Part shown: one piece after another, positions 1 to 8,464 of the stretch
Numbering within the stretch: position 1 is the first letter of the stretch
How the letters are laid out: the number at the start of each line of letters is the position of its first letter
Assembly (NCBI GenBank): GCA_041179425.1
Contig: JBEGTL010000001.1
Coordinates: 1 to 62,544, forward strand
Length of the DNA stretch: 62,544 nucleotides
From: Pseudomonadota bacterium
GTDB lineage: Bacteria; Myxococcota_A; Polyangia; Polyangiales; DASUME01
Reading direction: 5' to 3'
The notes under the pieces: model-generated
The model's input: the letters and a program-made list of their open reading frames with translations, nothing else
What the model was told of the DNA's origin: nothing
Databases searched by the model: none
Translations under genes and position numbers: made by a program

Positions 1-1
1 C

Positions 2-118
2 TGGGTCGACCCCATCGAAGATCTGAGCGTCGTGTTCATGACGCAGCTCGTGCCTTCGTCTACCTTCCCCTTTCGAGCGGAACTCAAGGCGCTCGTCCAC
101 GGCGCCATCATCGACTAG
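2..118 (+). CDS. 3' end of a serine hydrolase / beta-lactamase-family protein (5' part lies outside the window)
   Basis: Frame is open from the window edge to TAG at 116-118. The tail WVDPIEDLSVVFMTQL...LVHGAIID resembles C-termini of class-C beta-lactamase-related esterases. Confidence 0.45.
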   Translation, partial: WVDPIEDLSVVFMTQLVPSSTFPFRAELKALVHGAIID

Positions 119-145
119 GTCCGCGCGCGGCGCGTCGTTTTGTAC

Positions 146-721
146 TCAGGCTCCGCTGCGCAAAAGGGCCAGGGCGAGCGAGATGAACAAGGTCAGCTCG
201 GCGATGCGCTGAAGCAGCCCGCGCACGCGCGACTGGCCCGTCACCACGTTGATGGCCGAGACGAGCACGACGACGACGGCCGGCGCCGCGGTGAGCGGTC
301 CCGCTTGCACCGCGGTGCGATACAGGGCGTAGGCGCCGCCGAGGTACTCTGCCTGTCCGCAAAGGTTGTGCACCTGCTGCCGCCATGTCCCCCGACTCGG
401 CGCGCCGGGGTCGCAGCGAAAGAGTGCTCCGCCCAGATAGCCAGTCGCCAGAGAGGCGGCGAGCAACGCCACGTGTCTGTCGATCGCGAGCGAGAAGTAG
501 GCGATGACTGCCAACGCGAAGCCGACGGGCAGAAACACGCCGTACGAAGTCAGCGGTCCCAAGCGCGCGCCCGTCTCGCCTAGCTGACTTATCGTGTCGC
601 GCACATGACTGTAGTCAGGACGCGCCGCAGACACGCCGACGACCGACACCGTCAGATACAAAAGCGTAGCGAGCGCAAGCATGAACATGACAGACGAGCT
701 CGATTCGGGCGCCGTCGACAC
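146..721 (-). CDS. DUF998-like integral membrane protein
   Basis: 191-aa ORF with about six hydrophobic helices. The ISQLGETGARLGPLTSYGVFLPVGF segment resembles the DUF998 signature. Confidence 0.6.
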   Translation of the reverse strand: MSTAPESSSSVMFMLALATLLYLTVSVVGVSAARPDYSHVRDTISQLGETGARLGPLTSYGVFLPVGFALAVIAYFSLAIDRHVALLAASLATGYLGGALFRCDPGAPSRGTWRQQVHNLCGQAEYLGGAYALYRTAVQAGPLTAAPAVVVVLVSAINVVTGQSRVRGLLQRIAELTLFISLALALLRSGA

Positions 722-872
722 GTCGGCCCTCGCGTTCTAGGTCGAGACGCGGGCGCTAGCCAGCAGCCTGGCTCGAGCTGGACACCTGCACTGCTGGTAC
801 GGCCCGCTTTCTCGTAGGCACGCGGCCTATCGCAGTACCATCGCGAACCGACGAGCGGACGGGCGCTCGTCG

Positions 873-1385
873 TTGCGGAGGGGGTGGGGCGTGAAGAGAC
901 CTGCGTCGTGGGCACTTTTTGTTCTGCTGGCGGTGCTGTCGACCGCCAGTTCCCTCGAGGGGCGGGCCCGCGGGCAAGACACCGTCGGCGCGGCGGCGAC
1001 CCAGAGCTTGCTCGGACCTGGGCTCTACCTGTTTCAGACTCGCACGCGTGGCTCCACTTGCAACGACTCCGAGCGAGACGGCTACGTCATGAGCTTCGTC
1101 GCCGCGATCGACGGGGTCCCCGGAAGCATCGCGATGACGATGCAGCTGGTAAACACGCCGCACTTCGTCAAGTGGACACTCCGCGTGTCGGACGACGGCA
1201 AGGTCTCGGGGTCTTCGAAGATGGGCACCACCAACGGTGCGCCCGAGACCCACTTCACAGCGACCCTCGACGACGACAAGTGGAAGGGCACGGGCGCGCG
1301 CACGTACAACGGCGTGCTCGAGGGCAAGCCCACGCGCTGTCGCGTCGACTACGACGCGCTGCTACGACGTATCGACGCGCGCTGA
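873..1385 (+). CDS. secreted hypothetical protein
   Basis: 170-aa ORF with an N-terminal signal-like helix (WALFVLLAVLSTASS). Amino-acid composition is protein-like and wobble positions are G/C-rich. Confidence 0.6.
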   Translation: MRRGWGVKRPASWALFVLLAVLSTASSLEGRARGQDTVGAAATQSLLGPGLYLFQTRTRGSTCNDSERDGYVMSFVAAIDGVPGSIAMTMQLVNTPHFVKWTLRVSDDGKVSGSSKMGTTNGAPETHFTATLDDDKWKGTGARTYNGVLEGKPTRCRVDYDALLRRIDAR

Positions 1386-2055
1386 GCTGTGCACCCCGCG
1401 CCGAGCGTGCCGAGGGACGAAGACGCGACCAATCACGCCTTACCTCGCCACCCTCTTGTACTTGCTCTTCGCCACGCACACCGCGCTCGCGCATCCTCCG
1501 ACCGAAGAATGGGTCACCACACTCGTCCGTGACCAAGGGCCGAGCGTAGAGGTCGTCAAACGGTACGTGGACGGTATCTTCTCGGTGGACCCCGTGCAGG
1601 TCGTGCTGCGCGATGCCGGCGGGTTCACGCTCGACGAGACCGCGTTTGCGCGAGACGTCGCGAGCTCGTGTGACCGCCGTGTCTGCACCGTCTATCGCTT
1701 CGATGGTGCGCTCTCGGTGGTTCCCGCCGAGGTGTTCGAGAGTCGAGGAGATGCTCTGGTCCCGGTGCAGGGCAAGCTTCGCAAGGTAACAGGCGCGCTC
1801 GTGCATCTTGGAGAGCATGCTGTTGGTTACGCGGTTTTTGCCCTCCCTTGGGCGGCCGTGTCGTGGTGGCTCGGCCAGCTCAGGCGAGCCACACGCCTAA
1901 AGCGCGTCGCGTCGCTCGGTGTGATCCTGGGGATGCTCGGTTTGTGGCGGTACACGGTCACTGCGCTGTCGCGTCTCGTTGTAGTCTTCGCCGCTGAGTT
2001 CGGAGTCCTGCTGGCGATTGTGGTGTGGCTCGTCCGCAGGCGCCCGAGCGTGTGA
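1237..2055 (+). CDS. hypothetical membrane protein (start uncertain)
   Basis: The coding-like part begins near 1430 (LATLLYLLFATHTALAHPP, signal-like) and ends with two TM helices. The first ~50 codons of the ORF overlap the preceding gene and look non-coding. In-frame alternative starts are TTG at 1456 and 1462. Confidence 0.5.
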   Translation: MRPRPTSQRPSTTTSGRARARARTTACSRASPRAVASTTTRCYDVSTRAELCTPRRACRGTKTRPITPYLATLLYLLFATHTALAHPPTEEWVTTLVRDQGPSVEVVKRYVDGIFSVDPVQVVLRDAGGFTLDETAFARDVASSCDRRVCTVYRFDGALSVVPAEVFESRGDALVPVQGKLRKVTGALVHLGEHAVGYAVFALPWAAVSWWLGQLRRATRLKRVASLGVILGMLGLWRYTVTALSRLVVVFAAEFGVLLAIVVWLVRRRPSV

Positions 2056-2070
2056 CCTGCCTCGACGACG

Positions 2071-2898
2071 TCAGGGCTCGGCCAGTGCGTGCTCGAGCCG
2101 CTGCGTGTGTAGCGAGCCGGGAAAACGAGCCTCGAACTTCGTCAGCTCGGTGCGCGCCTCCAGCCGCTGGCCGGTGCCGACGAGCGCACGAATCAGCAGC
2201 GCCGCGCGCTCCTCTTCGAGCCACGACGCGGGGAACTGGGTGGCGTGGTCGCGCAGCAACACGAGTGCGTGGTCCGGTCGCGCCGAGAGCTCCTTTCGCG
2301 CCTGCTCGAGCAGCCTCGCTTCGAGCAGACGTGTCTCGTTCGGCGGGACACCCGGTACGCTCGCCAGGTCGCGTGGCTGCACACGTGACCTCTTGAGCCG
2401 CCGGGTGGCGTCTGTATCCTCTGGCCGAGCGGGGCGAGGCGGCGGCGCGACGTTGGCCGAGGCACGCGGCTCTTCCGGGCCGGCGCGAAGCATGGAGGTG
2501 TCGGAGGGAGCCGTCACCTCTGGGGCGAACGGCGGCGCCGCGCGCTGCACGTCAGGGAGCGGCTCGCGGTGCTGCGCTGACGGCGCATCGATGTGCGCGG
2601 GAAGACTCGAGCGAGCCCGCAGTGTCAGGTGCAGACTCAGACCCAGGACGACGAGCAGCACTGCGGATGCCGCCGCTTTGACGCCGAAGCTGGTCGTTGC
2701 AACCGGAGGCCGCAGGCTCGTCTCGTGCGCGGCTGCCGGGGCCACACTTTTTTCGTTCGTTAGCGCGGACGCACGTAGGCGCTCGCTGACGCGTGCGAGT
2801 GTCTCGGGAGGCGCGAGCTCGTCCGCGCCGACGCGCATCAGGGCGAGGAGCTCGGGCGGCTCCGCGCTCTCGAGCCAACGCAAGGGTTCACCGCTCAT
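2071..2898 (-). CDS. anti-sigma-factor-like membrane protein
   Basis: The ATG at 2898 overlaps the stop of the sigma fragment (ATGAGCGGTGA coupling). It has a short cytoplasmic N-terminus, one TM helix (AVLLVVLGLSL), and a Pro-rich then helical C-terminal part. The position is the one typical for an ECF anti-sigma gene. Confidence 0.6.
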   Translation of the reverse strand: MSGEPLRWLESAEPPELLALMRVGADELAPPETLARVSERLRASALTNEKSVAPAAAHETSLRPPVATTSFGVKAAASAVLLVVLGLSLHLTLRARSSLPAHIDAPSAQHREPLPDVQRAAPPFAPEVTAPSDTSMLRAGPEEPRASANVAPPPRPARPEDTDATRRLKRSRVQPRDLASVPGVPPNETRLLEARLLEQARKELSARPDHALVLLRDHATQFPASWLEEERAALLIRALVGTGQRLEARTELTKFEARFPGSLHTQRLEHALAEP

Positions 2899-3130
2899 CG
2901 TCGTCCTCCTCGTGGCGCGCTTCGCCCAGCGCCGCCTGCACCTGTTTTCGTGCTGCGTAGAGGCGCGCATAGGCCGTCTGCACGGGCACCCCGACGAGCT
3001 CCGCGACCTCTGCCATCGACAGCGCCTCCCACTCGAACATCACGAACACCGCGCGTTTGTCCTCGTCGAGCTGATCGAGGATGGCGTCGAGCAGGGCGCG
3101 CGCACGGTTGACCTCGACGGTCTGTTCACA
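2888..3130 (-). pseudogene. ECF sigma-70 fragment carrying region 4 only
   Basis: LDEDKRAVFVMFEWEALSMAEVAELVGVPVQTAYARLYAARKQV is a sigma-70 region 4 HTH. No region 2 is visible in any frame upstream. There is no in-frame start between the upstream stop context and region 4, apart from a GTG inside region 4. Confidence 0.5.
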
Positions 3131-3998
3131 GAGCCACCTCCGTGACCACTTGTGCGCTGCCGGCGAGCAGGGGAGCGCGGCGCCGGTAGTCGCGCTCGCT
3201 GAAGCCCGACCCGTCGGCCCGGAGCACGCCCGCGACCAAACCAGCGCAGGCGGCGAGGCCGAGCCAGCGCGTGGGGGCGATGGTTCTACACGCAGCGAGC
3301 AGCGCGTAGCTGGTGCGGAAGCGAGCGCTACCCAGGGAGTCGCCGCCCAGCTGGACGCGTGCGCCACCGAGTGCGACGAGGCTCAGCGCGATGGCGTACG
3401 TCTGTCGCGGCGCCACACGGAGGCTCACGAAGGCGTGCGCCCGGGGTGCTGGGAGCAGCGCGAGGGTGCCGACCGCCCCCGCCGCGACTGCGTAGCGCCA
3501 GCGTGCGGGGGTCGCGGGAAGTGGACGTTCTACGACCTGTCGATCAGGAGCAACAGCTGCGGGCGGCGCCGACTTCGTGGGGGGTGCCAACTCGAAGAGC
3601 AGGGCCACTGCGAGCGCCGTCGCTTCGGTCAGGGCCGTGCAGTCCGCGGACGCATCGACCAGCGTACGCTCGCCGAGCAGCTGCCCGTCCTGTTCACGGA
3701 GCCAAAGCTGGACGCGGTGCCCAGGGGAAAGCGGTACGACCTCGCCCTCGAGCGTGCGCTGCGCTCCTCCCCGCTCGCGCAAGGAGTCGCCGCCAACGCG
3801 GGTCCGCACGAGCTCGCGCAGCGCGTCCGCGTCGGGGCAGGCCTCCGCCCCGGGTTGGCGCCGCCACTGGAGAGCGAGCGCTTTTTGTTCTATCGCGGCC
3901 TCGGCAACTTCGCGCTCCCCGTCGAGGTCGCGGAGTGGAACGGCGGCGCCCAGGGCGTGGGTGTCAAGCTCACCAACCGTAGTCCTTGGCCCACGCAA
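3126..3998 (-). CDS. hypothetical protein (weak call, start uncertain)
   Basis: 290-aa ORF. Its central and C-terminal parts are protein-like (RVQLWLREQDGQLLGERTLVDASADCTALTEATALAVALLFE, RWRYAVAAGAVGTLALL...). The wobble-GC signal is weak, and its 5' end collides with the divergent + strand gene. Confidence 0.35.
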   Translation of the reverse strand: MRGPRTTVGELDTHALGAAVPLRDLDGEREVAEAAIEQKALALQWRRQPGAEACPDADALRELVRTRVGGDSLRERGGAQRTLEGEVVPLSPGHRVQLWLREQDGQLLGERTLVDASADCTALTEATALAVALLFELAPPTKSAPPAAVAPDRQVVERPLPATPARWRYAVAAGAVGTLALLPAPRAHAFVSLRVAPRQTYAIALSLVALGGARVQLGGDSLGSARFRTSYALLAACRTIAPTRWLGLAACAGLVAGVLRADGSGFSERDYRRRAPLLAGSAQVVTEVAL

Positions 3999-4565
3999 GG
4001 GGCCGCATTCGTGCTCGAGGTCGGCGCCGACAAAGGCGCGTTTCGGCAGCTCGATGGGGCTCTCGCGCCGTCCGTGCAGCGGACAGCGCAGCTGGTCGCC
4101 GACGACGCCTTACCGCTCGACCGCTTCGTCGACGCACTCGACGCCGCGATGACCACGGCGCTGCTCGCCACCGGCCTCTACCGCGACGAGGCCGTGGCCA
4201 TGGTGCGCACCTGGCGCCGCCAGTGGTTTCGTACGCCCGGCGTGCGTGTGCTGTACTTCGCACCAGCGCCATGGATCGATCGCGAGGTCCCCATCACTAT
4301 CGATCCCAAACCTGACACTCTGCTCCGCGTGATGGTGCTCCGTGTCGAGCTCCTTACCGGTGAAATCGAAGACGAGGATTTGATGTTTGTCGCCACGCTC
4401 GACGGTGGACCCAATCAGCAGGTCGGCGAGCGGCACTTTTACGGTCTCGGACGCTTTGCCGAGCCGCGCTTGCGTCGCGCCCTGAGTCGCCTCGGCCGCG
4501 TGCCACCTGCGGCAGCAGCCTTCTTGTCGACCCTCGAACATCCCAACGCGTCGATCGCGTGGTGA
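3717..4565 (+). CDS. conserved hypothetical protein; only the C-terminal half of the family seems present
   Basis: Strongly protein-like from ERFLFYRGLGNFALPVEV (about 3877) to the stop at 4565 (LYRDEAVAMVRTWRRQWFRTPGVRVLYF...). Upstream of about 3700 the frame looks non-coding. Candidate starts are GTG 3717 and TTG 3855. Confidence 0.55.
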   Translation: MPRGKRYDLALERALRSSPLAQGVAANAGPHELAQRVRVGAGLRPGLAPPLESERFLFYRGLGNFALPVEVAEWNGGAQGVGVKLTNRSPWPTQGAAFVLEVGADKGAFRQLDGALAPSVQRTAQLVADDALPLDRFVDALDAAMTTALLATGLYRDEAVAMVRTWRRQWFRTPGVRVLYFAPAPWIDREVPITIDPKPDTLLRVMVLRVELLTGEIEDEDLMFVATLDGGPNQQVGERHFYGLGRFAEPRLRRALSRLGRVPPAAAAFLSTLEHPNASIAW

Positions 4566-4586
4566 GCTCGACCGCGCTTCGACGCG

Positions 4587-5750
4587 CTACCGTGCAGCGC
4601 TGTAGCGCTCCAGCACGCGCGCTGTAGACGGCGGGTGGATGTTGGCGCGCGTGACGTCGCCCTCGTAGTGCGCCACCACCCGTGGGTCCATCACCCGCCG
4701 CCAGAGTGGTGGCACGAGCGCAAGTACGATCATGGTCGCGTAGCCGGCGGGCAGCTGGGGAGCGTCTTCGAAGTGGCGCAGCACCTGGTAGCGCAGCGCG
4801 GGGTTGGCGTGGTGATCGCTGTGCCGCTGTAGCTGGTACAAAAACAAGTTGGTGATCAGACGGTTGCTGTTCCAGCTGTGCTTGGGCTCCACTTTGACGT
4901 AGTGCCCGGCCGCGGTGCGCTCGCGCGCGAGTCCGTAGTGCTCGAGGTAGTTCACCACTTCGAGCAGCAAAAACCCGAGGACACCCTGCGCGATCAGCAT
5001 GGGCAACACACGCAGGCCGAACGCCGCGGTGAGCACGGCGAACAGCACGACCGTCATCGCCCACGCGTGGAGGACTTCGTTGCGAGCGTGGAAGGGAGAC
5101 TTGCCGCGCGCCTTCCAGCGCTTTGCCTCTAGCTCCCAGGCGGAGGTCACGCTCCCCCAGACGGTGCGCGGAACGAATGCGTAGAAGCTCTCTCCGAGGC
5201 GGCTACTCGCCGGGTCCTCGCGCGTCGAGACGCGTACGTGATGACCGCGGTTGTGCTCGACGAAGAAGTGTCCGTACAGACTTGGGGCGAGCGCGATCTT
5301 TGCGTACCACTGCTCCAGCTTCTCGCTCTTGTGGCCGAGCTCGTGCGCGGTGTTGATCGCGATGCCACTGACGGTGCCAAGGCTCGCGATCACGCCGAGC
5401 TTACCCACCCAGCCGAGGCCGTCGGCCCAGGCCCAGCAGCCGAGCACCAGCGTGCCGTACTGCAGCGGCAGGTAGAGGTAAGTAAGGTAGCGGTACCAGG
5501 CATCGTCTTGCAGCGCCTGCATCGAGGCGTTGGGCGCATTGCCACCGTCGTTGCCGACGTACCAGTCGAGCAGCGGGATGAGCACGAACACCAGGCCCGG
5601 CGTAAAGAACCAGCCCGCCTCGCTGCCACTGCGCGTGGCGATGCCGAACGAGACGTACGGCAAGATTGGGACGATGAGCGCTGCCATCCACAAGAAGCGC
5701 TTGCCATCTCGCCACACCGACGCTCTGTCTGCGCTGTTGCTCATCGTCAT
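4587..5750 (-). CDS. alkB: alkane 1-monooxygenase (integral-membrane di-iron hydroxylase)
   Basis: His boxes HELGHK, EHNRGHH and LQRHSDHH, plus NYLEHYGL, with several TM helices. The ATG at 5750 is preceded by GGAG. The longer ORF-track extension to 5888 looks non-coding. Confidence 0.9.
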   Translation of the reverse strand: MTMSNSADRASVWRDGKRFLWMAALIVPILPYVSFGIATRSGSEAGWFFTPGLVFVLIPLLDWYVGNDGGNAPNASMQALQDDAWYRYLTYLYLPLQYGTLVLGCWAWADGLGWVGKLGVIASLGTVSGIAINTAHELGHKSEKLEQWYAKIALAPSLYGHFFVEHNRGHHVRVSTREDPASSRLGESFYAFVPRTVWGSVTSAWELEAKRWKARGKSPFHARNEVLHAWAMTVVLFAVLTAAFGLRVLPMLIAQGVLGFLLLEVVNYLEHYGLARERTAAGHYVKVEPKHSWNSNRLITNLFLYQLQRHSDHHANPALRYQVLRHFEDAPQLPAGYATMIVLALVPPLWRRVMDPRVVAHYEGDVTRANIHPPSTARVLERYSAAR

Positions 5751-5853
5751 GCAAAATCTCCGACCGACGTTTCGCGCGGATGATACAGCTCTGCACAATG
5801 GGATGGTCAGCGAACCCAAGCCGCGGCCTTGCCTGATTAAAGGAAGTCCTCTG

Positions 5854-6144
5854 ATGACTACGGAGCAGCCGATGATGCAGCACGTCAAGCGCTCGGACGC
5901 ACCCCCCTCTCCGCCTAGCTATGGTGCCGTGATCGCAGGCCTAATCTTCGCGGCGATGGCGGTCTTGTTGTCGTACACGTTGTGGCCGCTGCCGGGGCAG
6001 CTGGCGCTCGGGCCGTACAACTACGCGCTGGCCGCTGCGCTGGTGCTGTTCGCGATCTGGCTCGCTCGGCGCTGGGTGGGTACGCCCTGGGTCGAGCAAG
6101 ATACGTCGTTCCGCCCGCGCTCGAGCGCCCGCCCCAAGGCGTAG
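5854..6144 (+). CDS. small hypothetical membrane protein
   Basis: ATG at 5854. The 96-aa product has two hydrophobic helices (VIAGLIFAAMAVLL, LAAALVLFAIWLA) and G/C-rich wobble positions. Confidence 0.5.
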   Translation: MTTEQPMMQHVKRSDAPPSPPSYGAVIAGLIFAAMAVLLSYTLWPLPGQLALGPYNYALAAALVLFAIWLARRWVGTPWVEQDTSFRPRSSARPKA

Positions 6145-6153
6145 GCGGCCGCC

Positions 6154-6816
6154 ATGGTTCGCGCGCTTCTTTGGGATCACGACGGCGTCTTGGTCGACAC
6201 CGAGCGGCTCTACTTTCGCGCCACCCGCGAGCTGCTGGCAGAGGTGGGCGCCGAGCTCGACGAAGCCGGCTACAGACGTTTTTTTCTGCAGCAAGGTACG
6301 GGCGCCTGGCACCTCGCGCGTGAGCGGGGTTGTGCAGAAGACGAGATCCAGAGCCTCAAGCGGCGGCGCGACGCACGCTACGAGGCGCTGCTGCGCAGCG
6401 AAGACGTGCTCATCCCCGGGGTACTGCCGGTGCTGGTCGAGCTTGCCTCGCGCGTGCGCATGGCCATCGTCACCAGCAGCAAGCGCGTTCACTTCGACGC
6501 CATCCATCAACGCACCGAGCTGCCGCGTCACTTCGAGTTCGTGCTCGCGCGCGAAGACTACACGCTCTCCAAGCCCGACCCGGAGCCGTACCTTGCCGGG
6601 GTCGCGCGCCTCGGCCTCGCCCCCGCCGACTGTCTGGTGATCGAAGACTCCGAGCGCGGGCTCGCCGCGGCCAAGGCGGCAGGTCTCAGCTGCTGGGTCA
6701 TCCCGTCCGACCTCACGCAGTTCTCGGACTTCAGAGCCGCCGATCGACGGTTTGTCGACCTGTCGTCGTTGCGTGCCGCGCTCGTCGAAGTGGTGTCGCC
6801 AACCAAGCAGCGCTGA
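6154..6816 (+). CDS. HAD-superfamily hydrolase (HAD-IA phosphatase / beta-phosphoglucomutase-like)
   Basis: Motif I is LLWDHDGVLVDTE, motif II is AIVTSS, and motifs III/IV are K..PDP...IEDSERG. Confidence 0.85.
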   Translation: MVRALLWDHDGVLVDTERLYFRATRELLAEVGAELDEAGYRRFFLQQGTGAWHLARERGCAEDEIQSLKRRRDARYEALLRSEDVLIPGVLPVLVELASRVRMAIVTSSKRVHFDAIHQRTELPRHFEFVLAREDYTLSKPDPEPYLAGVARLGLAPADCLVIEDSERGLAAAKAAGLSCWVIPSDLTQFSDFRAADRRFVDLSSLRAALVEVVSPTKQR

Positions 6817-6820
6817 GCCT

Positions 6821-7705
6821 TCAGGGTGCGCTGCGCCTTCGTCTGTGGACCAGGCTCAGCACGACGGCGAGCACGCCGAGCAGCGTCAGCGGCGAGCTGC
6901 CGCCCCCGGTGCTGCAGCCGTCTCCGACATTGCAACCGCCGCCCGAGCCGCCCTCTCGGTCGTGCGGGAACGCGGTGGCGTGCGGGTAGCTCGCGCAGAT
7001 GCCGGCGACGTCGTCTGGTGCGAGCGAGCGCTTGTCCGTGTCGGCGGCCTGCGCGTCGCAGTACATGGTCGAGCCGGCGACGTCGCTGTGAGACAGGCCG
7101 AAGAAGTGCCCAATCTCGTGCGTCGCCACGTTTTGCAGGTCGGCCGTGGGGCCCGCGCTCGAACACGTGTCGACCGCGCAGTCGCCGTACTCTCCCATCC
7201 CGCCGTTGAAGCTGATGTCTGCTCCCAAGATCTCGCCCACCGTGCAGGTCTTTGCGCCCGTGGGACAGAACCAGACCGCCGTCACGGCGAAGGCTCGCGC
7301 GGAGTTGTCTTGCGCGGCCCAAGCTACCGGGTCGTAGAGAACGATCACGTTCTCGTTGGGCTCGCTCTCCTCGGGACCCAGGCCGAGGGGCGTCGTGCCT
7401 GGGATCTGGGAGGTGTGGAACCCGAGCTCCCGACCGTCGCACTGGACTCCCTCCCAGGCTTGAAACGACGCCTCGATGGTCTTGCGCAGACGTTCGTCGG
7501 ACAGGCCAGGGAAGCCGAGCTGGTTGAAGCCGTACGCGATGTCCGAGGTACCCCACGCGAGCGGCGTACCGTCGTTCTCACACAGCTCCGGGCAGGTGCT
7601 CTGCCGCGGATCGTCGGTGTGCGTGCGGCAGTACGCGTGCGCCGTCGGCGCGTGGGACAAGCACGCAAGCAGGGTGGCGGCCAACAGGACGGGGCGAACG
7701 AGCAT
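6821..7705 (-). CDS. secreted metzincin-type zinc metalloprotease with a MYXO-CTERM-like sorting tail
   Basis: Signal peptide MLVRPVLLAATLLACLS and zinc motif HEIGHFFGLSHS. The C-terminus reads GGGCNVGDGCSTGGG, then a hydrophobic helix, then RRRR. Confidence 0.8.
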   Translation of the reverse strand: MLVRPVLLAATLLACLSHAPTAHAYCRTHTDDPRQSTCPELCENDGTPLAWGTSDIAYGFNQLGFPGLSDERLRKTIEASFQAWEGVQCDGRELGFHTSQIPGTTPLGLGPEESEPNENVIVLYDPVAWAAQDNSARAFAVTAVWFCPTGAKTCTVGEILGADISFNGGMGEYGDCAVDTCSSAGPTADLQNVATHEIGHFFGLSHSDVAGSTMYCDAQAADTDKRSLAPDDVAGICASYPHATAFPHDREGGSGGGCNVGDGCSTGGGSSPLTLLGVLAVVLSLVHRRRRSAP

Positions 7706-8086
7706 GCAGCATCCCAAGTTACAGCGACGACCTCGAGGCGCCTAGGTTTTGGCTGCAGACTGCTCGGAACAACCTGCACAGCCAGCTCGCTGGCGCCCGC
7801 TACGGGCCGCCGGCCCTGCCGCGCCGCCTGCCCGAAAGAGAGCGAACTCGCGCAAGCTGTCTTTCCGCCTCTGTTTGGCGGCTCGTCCGCCTTGTGAGAC
7901 GTGCCACCGCCGACGCGACGTTGACCGCCGGCTCCGCTCGGGCGCGAATAACCGACCAATTACGAGTCGGCGCGCGTCCTCGAGAAGCCGCTCTCGCGCG
8001 CCACGCTCGACGCCCTGCTCAGTGAGATCGGTGGCGAGTCGCGCGTCGCGCAGGTCAAGCTGCCCCCGGCGATCATCGATCCGCGC

Positions 8087-8428
8087 GTGATCGAAGACCT
8101 GACGGAGCTCAAGACGCAGACGGGCGAGCCCATGCTGCCGCGCTTGCTGGCGCAGACCGAAGAGGCCCAGGCGCGTGACCTTGCGCTGCTCGAGGTCGCT
8201 ATCGCCGAGCTCGATCAGCCGTCCATCGCACGCCTCGCACACAACGTCGCCGGACAAGCCGCGCTGCTGGGCGCGCACGACGTCACCCGTCGCGCGCGCG
8301 AGCTCGAAGACGAGGCCGCGGCAGGCGAGCTCACGCGCGAAGAGGCCGACGCCGAGCTGCATGAGCTCAAGCGTGCCTGGGTACGCGCCTTACGTGCACT
8401 CAGCCAGCTGACCGCGCCGAGCCCCTGA
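8087..8428 (+). CDS. histidine phosphotransfer (HPt) domain protein
   Basis: IARLAHNVAGQAALLGA matches the HxxKG-type phospho-His helix of HPt domains, and the protein is all-helical and about 113 aa. GTG start; the frame is open upstream to the stop at 7949 without another start codon. Confidence 0.7.
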   Translation: MIEDLTELKTQTGEPMLPRLLAQTEEAQARDLALLEVAIAELDQPSIARLAHNVAGQAALLGAHDVTRRARELEDEAAAGELTREEADAELHELKRAWVRALRALSQLTAPSP

Positions 8429-8464
8429 GTCCGCTGCGGCGCGCAGCCTGTTTGGCGTCTGACG

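Noticed and set aside
4587-5750. alkB as part of the tailoring island at 29-50 kb
   Set aside because: It is ~24 kb away, separated by unrelated housekeeping and signalling genes, and there is no rubredoxin or reductase partner in the window. I treat it as an independent gene.
7742-8362. 206-aa ORF on the - strand
   Set aside because: It is antisense to the HPt gene, is rich in Arg/Leu/Gly, and has no motif.
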